From contig CAMHNQ010000001.1 in assembly GCA_946186495.1 (NCBI GenBank), positions 46,289 to 110,288 on the forward strand: a stretch of DNA of 64,000 nucleotides, given 5' to 3'. The position numbers and the translations under genes were made by a program. Below are positions 21,327-30,732 of this stretch, piece by piece. This stretch comes from an uncultured Bacteroidales bacterium (lineage in GTDB: Bacteria > Bacteroidota > Bacteroidia > Bacteroidales > WCHB1-69). The stretch's first letter is position 1. Each line of letters begins with the position of its first letter. Under the pieces are notes generated by a model that was given only the letters and a program-made list of their open reading frames with translations, did not search any database and was not told the DNA's origin.

Positions 21327-21350
21327 GCTCTAAATACTCGAAAAAAGAGA

Positions 21351-21941
21351 TTAAGCTTCGGCTTCCGCTTCGCCTTCTTCCGCCGTGGCTGCTGCAGAGC
21401 CGCGGGTCGGAATCACTTGGATAATCACCTTGTTCGGGTTGTCGACGATTTCCAGATTGTCGATATGGATGTCGGCAATTTTGGTCATGTCGTTGATTTC
21501 CAGGTTGGAGATGTCGGCGGTGATGTCCTCGGGGATGTTCTCCAAAAGGCCGCGGACTTTAAGCTTGCGGACACGTTTTTTGAGCAGACCGCCCTTCAGG
21601 ACACCGGGGGAGGTGCCTTTCACCTTGAACGGGATTTCGATGGTGATGGGCTTGCCGTCAACCACTTCGAGGAAGTCGACATGCAACAGCTTGTCAGTGA
21701 TGGCGTGGAACTGGGTCTCTTGGACGATAGCCTTGTGTGTCACGCCGTTGATGTTCAGTTCGGCATATTTCACTTCGGGGGTGTAGAGGAGGTTTTTGAA
21801 CTCTCTCTCATCGACCACGAACAGTTTCTGTTCCTTTCCGCCGTAAATCACGCACGGGATCATGCCCTGGTTGCGCTGGGCTTTTGCATCTTTTTTCCCT
21901 ACGTTCTCTCTAAGAGAACCGCTAATAGATACTGATTTCAT
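21351..21941 (-). CDS. rplY: 50S ribosomal protein L25/Ctc
   Basis: MKSVSISGSLRENVGK...IPCVIYG...QFHAITDKLLHVDF; start at ATG 21941. Confidence 0.95.
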   Translation of the reverse strand: MKSVSISGSLRENVGKKDAKAQRNQGMIPCVIYGGKEQKLFVVDEREFKNLLYTPEVKYAELNINGVTHKAIVQETQFHAITDKLLHVDFLEVVDGKPITIEIPFKVKGTSPGVLKGGLLKKRVRKLKVRGLLENIPEDITADISNLEINDMTKIADIHIDNLEIVDNPNKVIIQVIPTRGSAAATAEEGEAEAEA

Positions 21942-22042
21942 ATTGTTACAAAATTTGATGATGGTTTTTAAAACGGCGGCAAAGGTACGATTTTTTTCAA
22001 TACCGCCGACCTGCATTCTTCAATTTTCACATGGCAATCGGT

Positions 22043-22513
22043 TCAGGCTTGCAATAATGCGACCGCACGCTCGAGGAACTCGGCGTCGGTGTGGTCGAAG
22101 GCAGCCCGTCGGTCGCTGTCAATGTCGAGGACCGCGACAATGTCATCGTTCTGGAACACAGGGACAACGATTTCGCTTTTGGAGGCGGAGGAGCAGGCGA
22201 TGTGCCCGGGGAACTGCTCCACGTCCTCCACCACCACGGTGCGGCGTTCCTTCCAAGCAGTGCCGCAGACCCCACGCCCGAACCCGATGCGCGTGCAGGC
22301 GAGTGGCCCCTGGAAAGGCCCGAGGACCAACTCGTTGCCGACGACCCGGTAGAACCCCGTCCACCAAAACCCGAAAGTTTCGTGCAGCATTGCCGCCATG
22401 TTCGCCATGTTCGCGACGATATCCACGCTGTTGTCCATCACCGCCTGGATTTGCGGAAGAACGGAGGCGTATTTTTCTTGCTTGCTATTGCCATTGATGA
22501 TTAACTCTTCCAT
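22043..22513 (-). CDS. GAF-domain protein, free methionine-(R)-sulfoxide reductase (MsrC/YebR-like)
   Basis: WTGFY, LGPFQGPLAC, GRGVCG, HIAC, SEIVVP, VLDIDS. Confidence 0.9.
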   Translation of the reverse strand: MEELIINGNSKQEKYASVLPQIQAVMDNSVDIVANMANMAAMLHETFGFWWTGFYRVVGNELVLGPFQGPLACTRIGFGRGVCGTAWKERRTVVVEDVEQFPGHIACSSASKSEIVVPVFQNDDIVAVLDIDSDRRAAFDHTDAEFLERAVALLQA

Positions 22514-22527
22514 AATCGTTTCTGCTT

Positions 22528-22556
22528 AACCCCGCACTGCCGTCTTGCGCGGAGAC
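22528..22556 (-). repeat. Short hairpin element related to 36872-36904
   Basis: Minus strand ...CAAGACGGCAGTGCGGGGTT shares CAAG..GCAGTGCGGGGT with the element upstream of bcd. Confidence 0.45.
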
Positions 22557-22747
22557 TATTGATAAATTTTCTTATGTGAAATGTTGTTCAACTTATCCTC
22601 CTTTATTCACGATATCAATCATTATGTTGGTCTCAAACGTTTTAAGATGAAAAGTTATTGTGAACAGTGATTAGTGATCAGTGATTTGATACAAGGAGTA
22701 TGAATAATAGAGCTTATTGCACGACTCAAAAAAAACACCGCAGGAAG

Positions 22748-23833
22748 TTACAGCAGCACTTTCACCCTGAATCCCAGCTTTGTAGGCTCTTCGACAATTT
22801 TTTTGCCAAGTTCACGGATTATGGCCAGCGAGCTGAGGTCGACGCCTTCATCCTGTAGCGGGGATGTTGAAAGTCCCTTAATCATGAAGTCTAACGTCAC
22901 GCGTTCCAATTGCTCGATGTAGGATAACCGTACCGTGAGTGGACGATAGTCAGCAAGGACAAGCAGCACCATCATGTTGATGATCTGCTGCGCGGTTTCG
23001 ATGACATCCGTGATGTTGTATTTGTTGCAGAACTGCAGGATCTTCGAGTGCATGCCCACGATGTCGAAGTCGTCTTCCTCTATGGTGAACCAGAGTTTGT
23101 AAATTTGTTGGACGAAGGCTTTTGTAGTGCTTCGGGTAGGATTTTCGAATATCTGCTGTGGTGTGCCATCTTCATGAATTCTCCCTTCATTCATGAAGAT
23201 GACGCGGGAGCTCACGTCGCGGGCGAACTTGAGCCTGTGGGTGGCGATGAGCATGGTCATCCCCTCTTGCGCGAGCTGCCGTATGACACTTTGCACCTCC
23301 CCGACCATGGAGGGGTCCAAGGCCGACAACGGCTCGTCGAAGAGCATGACGTCAGGGTGCATGGCTAAGCATCGGGCAATGGCGACGCGCTGTTTTTGCC
23401 CGCCTGAAAGGTCTGCGGGCATGACGGTGCTCATGTCGTCCATTCCAACTTGGTGCAGGTACTGCATGGCTTCGCGCTCGGCCTCGGCCTGGCTGACGCC
23501 TTTCAGTTTCATCGGTCCAAGGGTGACATTCCCCAAGACATTCAGATGCTCGAACAGATTGAAGGTCTGGAACACCATGCCCATCCGCTGCCGCAACCTG
23601 TTGATGGGATAGCCTTTGGCGGTGATGTTTTCCCCCTCGAACAGGATTTTGCCGGAAGTGGGCGGGGTCATGAGGTTGATGGTCCTCAGCAAGGAGCTTT
23701 TGCCGCAGCCCGATGGGCCGATGATGCCGACCACTTCGCCCTTGCGGATTTCGCAACTGACATCCTTCAACGCATCGAAACTGCTGCCGTCGGGGTTCAC
23801 AAATGTTATGCAAAGGTGTCTGATGCTGATCAT
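22748..23833 (-). CDS. Polar amino-acid ABC ATPase (GlnQ-like) with ~115-aa C-terminal anti-sigma/GHKL-like extension, copy 2
   Basis: True start MISIRHL at 23833, overlapping the upstream stop (ATGA); GPSGCGKS, LSGGQKQRVAIAR, FDEP. Confidence 0.9.
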   Translation of the reverse strand: MISIRHLCITFVNPDGSSFDALKDVSCEIRKGEVVGIIGPSGCGKSSLLRTINLMTPPTSGKILFEGENITAKGYPINRLRQRMGMVFQTFNLFEHLNVLGNVTLGPMKLKGVSQAEAEREAMQYLHQVGMDDMSTVMPADLSGGQKQRVAIARCLAMHPDVMLFDEPLSALDPSMVGEVQSVIRQLAQEGMTMLIATHRLKFARDVSSRVIFMNEGRIHEDGTPQQIFENPTRSTTKAFVQQIYKLWFTIEEDDFDIVGMHSKILQFCNKYNITDVIETAQQIINMMVLLVLADYRPLTVRLSYIEQLERVTLDFMIKGLSTSPLQDEGVDLSSLAIIRELGKKIVEEPTKLGFRVKVLL

Positions 23834-25329
23834 ATGTATAGCTTTATGGCGATTTTGAAGATGTAATCCAGGAATTTTCCCATAATCCAGGAGAGAAAGA
23901 AATAGATGACTGTGATGAACAGGATCGGGAAAACGGCCTCGAAGGTGCGCGCGCGGATCATGTCGCAGGCGCGGGTGAGGTCCTGGATGGCGACATAGCC
24001 CACCACAGAGGTGTTCTTGATGAGCGCGACGGCCTCGCCCTTGAACTGGGGCAGGGCGCGCTGAAGGGCCTGTGGGCCGGTGATGTAGCGAAAGATCTGG
24101 ACGCGGGTGAACCCCATGGCCTCGCCAGCCTCGTACTGTTGGACCCCCACCGCCTGGATGGCGTTGTCCATCGTGGTGGCAAAGGAGGATGCGAAGACCA
24201 ATGTGAAAGCCACCACGGCGACGGAAACGCCGCTGGCCCCGACCATCACAATGTAGGCGAGAATCATTAGCAGCACAACCATGGGAATGCCCCTGAAAAA
24301 GCTGGCGTATGTCATGGCAGTCATTTTGGCCCAGCGCCGTTTGCTTCTCCGCATCGACAGCAGCCCGGTACCGAGAATGCCGCCGAAGAGCATTGACAGC
24401 AGGGTGATTTCCAGCGTAACCTTGAGGCCACGCGCCAAGAAGATCCACCGGTTCTCCACCAAAAGGTTGCCTTCAACGGAGCCCTTGATGTCGGAAATCC
24501 CGGGTGCGCCGCCCGGCGTTTTCTGCGACAGGTCACGGACGAAGAAACCTCCGCGGTTGTAGAAGTATACGTCAGTGAACGCCAGTTTCTTTTGGCGTTC
24601 CTCGGTTTTGAAGAGAAGGCCGCCTGCCATGTCGATTTTCCCCGCTTTCAGTGCGGGCACGAGTGCGGAAAGGTCGAAAAGCCGGTAGTGTACGGGGCGG
24701 CCGATGTATTCCCCGAAAAGATTGAGTATCTCGATTTCAAAGCCATACCATTTGTCTCCGATCATGTAGGAAATGGGGGCAGTCGAGTAGGAGGTGCCCA
24801 CGACCAAGGGCTCTCCTGGGAGCGAGTCGCTGATTTCGGGCATGGTTATGCTCGTGTAGTCGGTGGCGGACCGCCATTTTTCGGTGATGGTCGCCAGCTC
24901 GCCAGAGGACTTGATCCGTGCAAGGAACTCGTTGAACTTGTTCACCAGGTCCTGCTCCGACTTTCGGCAGGCGAAGGCGCACGGATATTTTTCCTCCGTC
25001 ACGAATGCAAGCTTCATGCCGTTCTGCCGCAGCACCGTGTCAGGAAAACAATCTTCGTCGTACAGGATGGCATCGATACGGCCTTTTCGGAGCGAGGCGA
25101 TAAGGTCGGAGAGTGAGGGCTGGCGCACGACTTGGAAATCCTTCCGTCCCGCGAAGTCGATTTCAAAGCTGCTGCCCGTCAAAGTGCCCACAACTTTGCC
25201 GTCCAGGTCCTCAATGGAGGAGATTTCCTCCTCAGTGTTCCCCTTCGTCGGCTTCTCGCATGAGGCGAGACAAAAGACGATGGCGAACAACAGGCATATG
25301 CTTTTCCATTTTATAAATGCGGTATCCAT
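23830..25329 (-). CDS. Fused amino-acid ABC substrate-binding protein (two PBP lobes) plus permease, copy 2
   Basis: Lipobox LASC; PBPb-like region; permease motifs RGIPMVV, QYEAGEAMG, LIKNTSVVGY. Confidence 0.9.
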   Translation of the reverse strand: MDTAFIKWKSICLLFAIVFCLASCEKPTKGNTEEEISSIEDLDGKVVGTLTGSSFEIDFAGRKDFQVVRQPSLSDLIASLRKGRIDAILYDEDCFPDTVLRQNGMKLAFVTEEKYPCAFACRKSEQDLVNKFNEFLARIKSSGELATITEKWRSATDYTSITMPEISDSLPGEPLVVGTSYSTAPISYMIGDKWYGFEIEILNLFGEYIGRPVHYRLFDLSALVPALKAGKIDMAGGLLFKTEERQKKLAFTDVYFYNRGGFFVRDLSQKTPGGAPGISDIKGSVEGNLLVENRWIFLARGLKVTLEITLLSMLFGGILGTGLLSMRRSKRRWAKMTAMTYASFFRGIPMVVLLMILAYIVMVGASGVSVAVVAFTLVFASSFATTMDNAIQAVGVQQYEAGEAMGFTRVQIFRYITGPQALQRALPQFKGEAVALIKNTSVVGYVAIQDLTRACDMIRARTFEAVFPILFITVIYFFLSWIMGKFLDYIFKIAIKLYI

Positions 25330-25356
25330 TTGTCACCAATACTTTACAAGTGTTTG

Positions 25357-26442
25357 TTAAAGAATCACTTTCAACCGAAAGCCCAATTTTGTGGGTTCTT
25401 CGACAATTTCCCGGGCAAGCCTGCGGACCGGCTCTGCCAGATTAGGGTCGAAGCCTTCACTTTGGAACGGGGAACTGTCAATTCCTTTAATCATGAAGTC
25501 CAGGGCCGTGACCTCCTTCATTTCGCTATGAGTGAGGCGCACCGTGAGCGGGCGATAGTTTGTCAGGATGTCCCGGATCATGCTTTCGGAGACGGCCTCC
25601 ACGACGTCACGCTTTTCCGCGATGTTGTACTTGATGCAGAACTGCGCCATGGAGGAATGCATCCCAAGAAGGTCGAATTCCGGGCCGTCAACTTCAAACA
25701 CCAACTTGTGGATGCGCTGCACAAAGGCCTTTGTGGCACTGTGTTCCGGCTCTTCAAAAATCTGGTGCGGGGTGCCGTCCTCGTGGATGTATCCGTCGTA
25801 CATGAAGAAGATGCGGGTGCTGACGTCCCGGGCGAACTTCATCTCGTGGGTCACGATGAGCATGGTCATGCCCTCCTTGGCCAGCTGTCGGATGACGCTC
25901 AGCACTTCGCCCACCATGGTGGGGTCGAGGGCGGAGGTGGGTTCGTCGAAAAGGATGACCTCGGGATGCATAGCCAGGCATCGGGCTATGGCCACGCGTT
26001 GCTTCTGCCCGCCCGAAAGCTCCGACGGCATCGCATGGGCCTTCTCGGCAAGACCGACTTTGCTCAGCAATGTCATTGCCTCGTCAAGGGCTTCCTGCTT
26101 TGTGATGTCGCGCAACAACAACGGCACCATGGTGAGGTTTTCGAGGATGGAGAGATGCTCGAAAAGGTTGAAATTCTGGAACACCATGCCCACTTTCTGG
26201 CGCAATTTGTTGAGCGGATAACCCTTTGCAAGGATGTTCTCGCCGTCAACAATGATTTCCCCGGATGTGGGGGACTCCATCATGTTGAGGGTGCGCAAGA
26301 AAGTGCTCTTGCCCGTTCCTGATGGACCGATGATACTGATGACTTCCCCACGACGGATCTCGCAGTTGATGTCTTTCAACACTTGCAGCTTTGTGCCGTC
26401 AGGGTTGGTGAATGTCTTGGCCAAATGCTTTATGGTGATCAT
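25357..26442 (-). CDS. Polar amino-acid ABC ATPase (GlnQ-like) with C-terminal anti-sigma/GHKL-like extension, copy 1
   Basis: GPSGTGKST, LSGGQKQRVAIAR, FDEPTSALDP, VTHEM; extension after ..FVQRIH. Confidence 0.92.
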   Translation of the reverse strand: MITIKHLAKTFTNPDGTKLQVLKDINCEIRRGEVISIIGPSGTGKSTFLRTLNMMESPTSGEIIVDGENILAKGYPLNKLRQKVGMVFQNFNLFEHLSILENLTMVPLLLRDITKQEALDEAMTLLSKVGLAEKAHAMPSELSGGQKQRVAIARCLAMHPEVILFDEPTSALDPTMVGEVLSVIRQLAKEGMTMLIVTHEMKFARDVSTRIFFMYDGYIHEDGTPHQIFEEPEHSATKAFVQRIHKLVFEVDGPEFDLLGMHSSMAQFCIKYNIAEKRDVVEAVSESMIRDILTNYRPLTVRLTHSEMKEVTALDFMIKGIDSSPFQSEGFDPNLAEPVRRLAREIVEEPTKLGFRLKVIL

Positions 26443-26458
26443 TGTTACTTCGTGTTGA

Positions 26459-27943
26459 TTACTTCGTATTGGGTACTTTGTGTTGGGTGCTTCGTGTTAT
26501 CAAATCGAGGGATTTGCCGAGAATCCAGGAAAGGATGAAATAGATGAAAGTGATAATCAGCAGGGGGAAGAGCGCGTCGAAGGTGCGTGACCGTATGATG
26601 TCGCTGGCGCGGGTCAGGTCTTGGATGGCGATGTAGCCGACAATGGAGGTGCTTTTCAATAGCGAGATAGCCTCGCCTTTATAGACAGGCATCACATTCT
26701 TCACCGCCTGGGGGGCGACGACGTGGATGAAAGTCTGCCATTTCGTGAGCCCTAACGCCAAGCCCGCTTCCGTCTGCCCCTTGCCTACGGCTGTTATGGC
26801 GGTGCGGAACATCTCGCTCACGTAGGCGGCGAAAATCAGTGCGAAGGAGACCACGGCGACAAAGGTACCGCTGACGCCGGCCTGCGCGAAAATGACGTAG
26901 AACATGATCATCAGGAAGACAAGCATGGGGATGCCTCGCATGATGTTGATATAGGCTTCCGCCGCACGCGACACCCCTTTGCGTTGACTCATGCGCAGAC
27001 GGCAGATGATGGCGCCGAACAGCGTTCCTGACAGGATGGACAACACGGAGATCTTCACCGTCTCCCACAAACCATCGGTGATGTAGCGCCAGCGGTTCTC
27101 GACCAAAAGATTGTTCTCGACCATCTTTTTCAAACGAGTTCCGAAACCGGCATTAACGGCACTGCTTTCGTCTTTCACAAAATAGGCAGAGCGGGAATTG
27201 AAGTGGCTGGACGGGAAATCCATCGTCTCACGCCTCTCCTCCGTGATGAAGACACCTCCGAGGAACATGTCTATTTTGCCCGAACTCAGGGCTGACGGGC
27301 AGGAGGCAAAGGGGTAGTACTCGATGACAACGGGACGGCCTGCATAACGGCTGAAACGCTCCATCAGCTCGGGCTCGAAGCCTAACCAGACACCCCCAAC
27401 ATGATAGCTCACGGGCGGCATCTCGATGGCTGAACCCACCCGGATGGGTTTCCCCGCCGGCTTCGGGGGGAGGTCGGGCATCACGCTCTTCGTCGGATCC
27501 TCACTCAAAAACCACCGGTCGTGTATTTCCTGCATTTCGCCCGTGGCAATCAGCGAGTCGATGAAATGGCTCAGTGAGTCGCAAAGCCCCTTCTCGTCCT
27601 TTCGCATCGGAAAGCCGCAGGGGAAAGCCTCGTCGCCGTAAAAGGCCACTCGGACGCCAATACGCTTCATTTCGCAGAGAGGGATGGAGCTGTCGTCCTC
27701 CACAAAGACATCGATTTTGCCTTTGGTCAGCGACAGCAGGGCATCGCTTGCAGAGTTGAATTTATGCAATTCGAGGTCTGTACGGGAAGAGAGTCTGAGA
27801 TCGTGGGCTGTCCCTGTGCTTACACCGACCCTCAGTCCCGAAAGGTCCGCCTCGGAACGCAACTCCCTTTGCTGCCTCTGCTGAGAGCAACCCACCAGAC
27901 ACAAAACCATAAGGAGGAATGGGATTATTTTCGTGATTTTCAT
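26459..27943 (-). CDS. Fused amino-acid ABC substrate-binding protein plus permease, copy 1
   Basis: Lipobox LVGC; RGIPMLV, AYVSEMFR, GQTEAGLALG, LLKSTSIVGY. Confidence 0.9.
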   Translation of the reverse strand: MKITKIIPFLLMVLCLVGCSQQRQQRELRSEADLSGLRVGVSTGTAHDLRLSSRTDLELHKFNSASDALLSLTKGKIDVFVEDDSSIPLCEMKRIGVRVAFYGDEAFPCGFPMRKDEKGLCDSLSHFIDSLIATGEMQEIHDRWFLSEDPTKSVMPDLPPKPAGKPIRVGSAIEMPPVSYHVGGVWLGFEPELMERFSRYAGRPVVIEYYPFASCPSALSSGKIDMFLGGVFITEERRETMDFPSSHFNSRSAYFVKDESSAVNAGFGTRLKKMVENNLLVENRWRYITDGLWETVKISVLSILSGTLFGAIICRLRMSQRKGVSRAAEAYINIMRGIPMLVFLMIMFYVIFAQAGVSGTFVAVVSFALIFAAYVSEMFRTAITAVGKGQTEAGLALGLTKWQTFIHVVAPQAVKNVMPVYKGEAISLLKSTSIVGYIAIQDLTRASDIIRSRTFDALFPLLIITFIYFILSWILGKSLDLITRSTQHKVPNTK

Positions 27944-27973
27944 TAATCCTATATCAATTAGATGGTACCTTTG

Positions 27974-28564
27974 TTATTGTTCGGGATTGCCGCACGCTGT
28001 GAGCTCGCCAAAGGTCTTGTCCAACAACTGGACGAACTCTTGGTAAGGTGGAGTAGAGGCAAGGTCGGAAAGGACATCGGCCAACAGGCGATAATACCAG
28101 GCGATGTCTTTTTTCCCGTTCGGGGCCTTGAAACGCTGCCAAAGCTTGTCGCCGGTCAGTCTGTAGTCCGCCGCGATGGTGCGGAGGTTGGAGAGCTTGT
28201 CGCCGAGAGCCACGGTCTTGCAGTCCCGGTCGGCAGAGGCCAGTAGGTCAACCTGCGCCTGTCTGCGATCGCGCCATGAGGCGCTTTTGGGGAGCGGACA
28301 GGTTTCGAATTGCACAAGCCGGGCCACCCGTTCGCCAAACTGTTCGCGGATTTGTCCGAGTGTCACCCCAGTGTCTTCCACGGTGTCGTGCAAGACGGCG
28401 GCGGCCATCATCTCAGGGTCTGGAGTGAGTGATGCAACGATGGTGGCGGCTTCCATAGGATGGAGAATGTAAGGGTACCCTTTGCCCTTCCGTTCTCTCC
28501 CGCGATGGGCGTCAACTGCGAATTTCACTGCCCTGTCAAATAAGTCCGTGTTGAAATCATTCAT
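27974..28564 (-). CDS. HD-domain small alarmone hydrolase (Mesh1/SpoT-hydrolase-like)
   Basis: AH...RKG..PYILHP, LHDTVEDT, GDKLSN. Confidence 0.85.
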   Translation of the reverse strand: MNDFNTDLFDRAVKFAVDAHRGRERKGKGYPYILHPMEAATIVASLTPDPEMMAAAVLHDTVEDTGVTLGQIREQFGERVARLVQFETCPLPKSASWRDRRQAQVDLLASADRDCKTVALGDKLSNLRTIAADYRLTGDKLWQRFKAPNGKKDIAWYYRLLADVLSDLASTPPYQEFVQLLDKTFGELTACGNPEQ

Positions 28565-28583
28565 AACTGTCTTTATGATTTAC

Positions 28584-29663
28584 TTATATGATGTTTGTCC
28601 GTTTCGCCTGTTCGTAAAGGCGGTCTGCCCGCTGCGCGTTGTAGGTGTTGTCGCCATAGAGGGCGGCGAAGAGCCGCACCAGTCCAGCCGCTCCGAATCC
28701 ATGTTTGAGAATAAAGACGATGCACAGGTTCTGGAGCGCGGCAGACTTGGCCAGGATGTCGAGGCCGGTGCCAGCCAGCTGGATAAGGGCGAGTTGGTAG
28801 GCGCTTTCGCTATGTTCGTTGCGCATGCGTACGATGTCTCCGATAGTCTTCATCCCGAGATTTCGCAGCACGTTGTAGTAAGGCATGAGGCTGTCGTCGT
28901 AAAGCTCTGCTTGGTTGATGGCGGCCATCTTGTCTGCCAGGCGTTTGAAGGGGTTCAGAGAAAGGAAGCTGCGGAATGTGTCGCCGTTGAGCGGCACCTC
29001 GTCGAAATTGCCCGACGCCACGAGCGACTGCACGTTGCGGCGGTAGGCGTTGATTTCCTTTCGGATATGGCTGAACTGCTCGTCGGCCAGCTCCAGCATC
29101 CCGGCCAAACGACTCATGTTCCGCTGGTATTCGGCGGGAATCTCGACATCACTCTTGTACCCCATGTCGTGGTACATGTTGGCCCACACATGCTGAAGGG
29201 TGCTGCGCATCTGCAGCTCAAAGCGCAGATGGTTCAGCTCGGGCACCTCGGGGTCGTGATACTGCGCTTTCGGGAGACGGCAGATGTAGTGCAGCGACAT
29301 GTAGCCGAAACGGTCGATTTCCAGCATCTTGCGCTTGTCCACCGAGTTCTCCCAGTCAATCTCGAACATCTGCTCGGCAAGTGCGGAGATGACATCCACC
29401 TCGTCGCTGAAGAATGTGATGATGCGTACGCCGAGAATGTCGGTGATGTCGTCTAAGGTATTGTATTTGAAGCCTTTCAGCTCCAACTTCCCGGTCAGGC
29501 TCTTTTCCGTCTTGACACGGCCCTCGACGCCCGAGACCACGATCTGGTTCTTGGCCAAACGGTCGCGAAGCAGCTTTATGACAATGTCTTTCAGCTTTTT
29601 GAAAACAGGGAGCTTCTCGCGATATTCGTCGAGAATCATCTCACAATGGATATCGAGCTTCAT
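28584..29663 (-). CDS. RelA/SpoT-domain small alarmone synthetase-like protein with C-terminal extension
   Basis: GRVKTEKSLTGK, DILGVRI, GYMSLH, ELQMRSTLQHVWA..HDMGYK. Confidence 0.88.
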   Translation of the reverse strand: MKLDIHCEMILDEYREKLPVFKKLKDIVIKLLRDRLAKNQIVVSGVEGRVKTEKSLTGKLELKGFKYNTLDDITDILGVRIITFFSDEVDVISALAEQMFEIDWENSVDKRKMLEIDRFGYMSLHYICRLPKAQYHDPEVPELNHLRFELQMRSTLQHVWANMYHDMGYKSDVEIPAEYQRNMSRLAGMLELADEQFSHIRKEINAYRRNVQSLVASGNFDEVPLNGDTFRSFLSLNPFKRLADKMAAINQAELYDDSLMPYYNVLRNLGMKTIGDIVRMRNEHSESAYQLALIQLAGTGLDILAKSAALQNLCIVFILKHGFGAAGLVRLFAALYGDNTYNAQRADRLYEQAKRTNII

Positions 29664-29761
29664 TGGTTATGGGTTATTGGTTATGGGTTATTGTATTTTT
29701 TGGGGCAACAGGTTAAGTGTAATTTCGGCACAGGGAAGCTTTTACGTGGGTTGACTGATTC

Positions 29762-30670
29762 CTAATTCGTTGCCGTCGCAGGAGGCAGTCGCAGAGGGAG
29801 GGCTTTGGGCATGATGCGGACCTCGAAACGGGTACCCGCGAGGATTTCCCCGTCAAGGCAGATGTTGGTAAGGTCTTTGGCGGTGATTTCCACCTCCCTG
29901 GCCTGCCTGTAAATGGCGATGTGTCTGCCCAACTTGCTGCCGACGAGTTCACCCCGACTGTAAACGGGCATCATGAGCAGGAAGTGCAGCAGGCTGATGG
30001 CCCGGATGTAGCATACTTCAATGAGGCCGTCGTCGGTTTTGGCGTTAGGAGAGCAGATGAACTGGCCGCCCACCTTCCGCCCGTTGCCCAAGGTGCAGAG
30101 CAGCATCAGCCCCCGGCCGATGCGTTCGCCGTCCACCTTGACATTGATCCGGTTGAACCTGCCGGTCAACAATGCTTTGACAATGCCTCGCCTGTACGCT
30201 TTTTCAGGATCCATTCCTTTGGATATGAGATCGTTGGCCCGTTCCGCCACCTTGGAGTCGAAACCGAAGTTGCAGACGTTGACGAAGTAGCTGTCGTTGA
30301 CCCTGACAATATCTATCGGACGGACGGTCCCCGCCAGCATGGCACTCACACTGCGGAAGTCGTGGCCGGGAAAGCATTCCAGCAGGTCGCCAGTGCTGCC
30401 GCCGAAGAAGAGGATAGCCATCTCCTTTCCCGAGAACCCCACGATGCCAGAAGCCACCTCGTTGACCATGCCGCTGCCGCCGCAAGCCACAAAGCAGACC
30501 CTCTCGTCGGGGTGAAGGTCGCAATAGACGCGCACAAACCGGGTGGCGTCGCCTTCACCCTTGGTGGTATAGAGTTCATGGGGGTGCGGGATCCGCGCAA
30601 TCTGCTCGAACAGCTCCTGGTACTGCAGCTCCTTGTCGGCCCGTCCGTTGACGATATAGATGTATTTCAT
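29762..30670 (-). CDS. Diacylglycerol/lipid kinase family protein (DAGK/YegS-like)
   Basis: IVNG, CGGSGMVNEV, FVNV.NFGFD, GNG..GG, DDGL, LDGE. Confidence 0.8.
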   Translation of the reverse strand: MKYIYIVNGRADKELQYQELFEQIARIPHPHELYTTKGEGDATRFVRVYCDLHPDERVCFVACGGSGMVNEVASGIVGFSGKEMAILFFGGSTGDLLECFPGHDFRSVSAMLAGTVRPIDIVRVNDSYFVNVCNFGFDSKVAERANDLISKGMDPEKAYRRGIVKALLTGRFNRINVKVDGERIGRGLMLLCTLGNGRKVGGQFICSPNAKTDDGLIEVCYIRAISLLHFLLMMPVYSRGELVGSKLGRHIAIYRQAREVEITAKDLTNICLDGEILAGTRFEVRIMPKALPLRLPPATATN

Positions 30671-30732
30671 TCCTGGAGTATGGGGTTATGGGTTATGGAA
30701 CAGCCCTCTCAGACGTCACAATTCGCTGTTCA

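Noticed and set aside
23834-24448. N-terminal 205 aa of the 566-aa ORF, suggesting a larger fusion
   Set aside because: Out-of-frame overlap with the permease gene; the real start is ATG 23833, coupled to the upstream stop.
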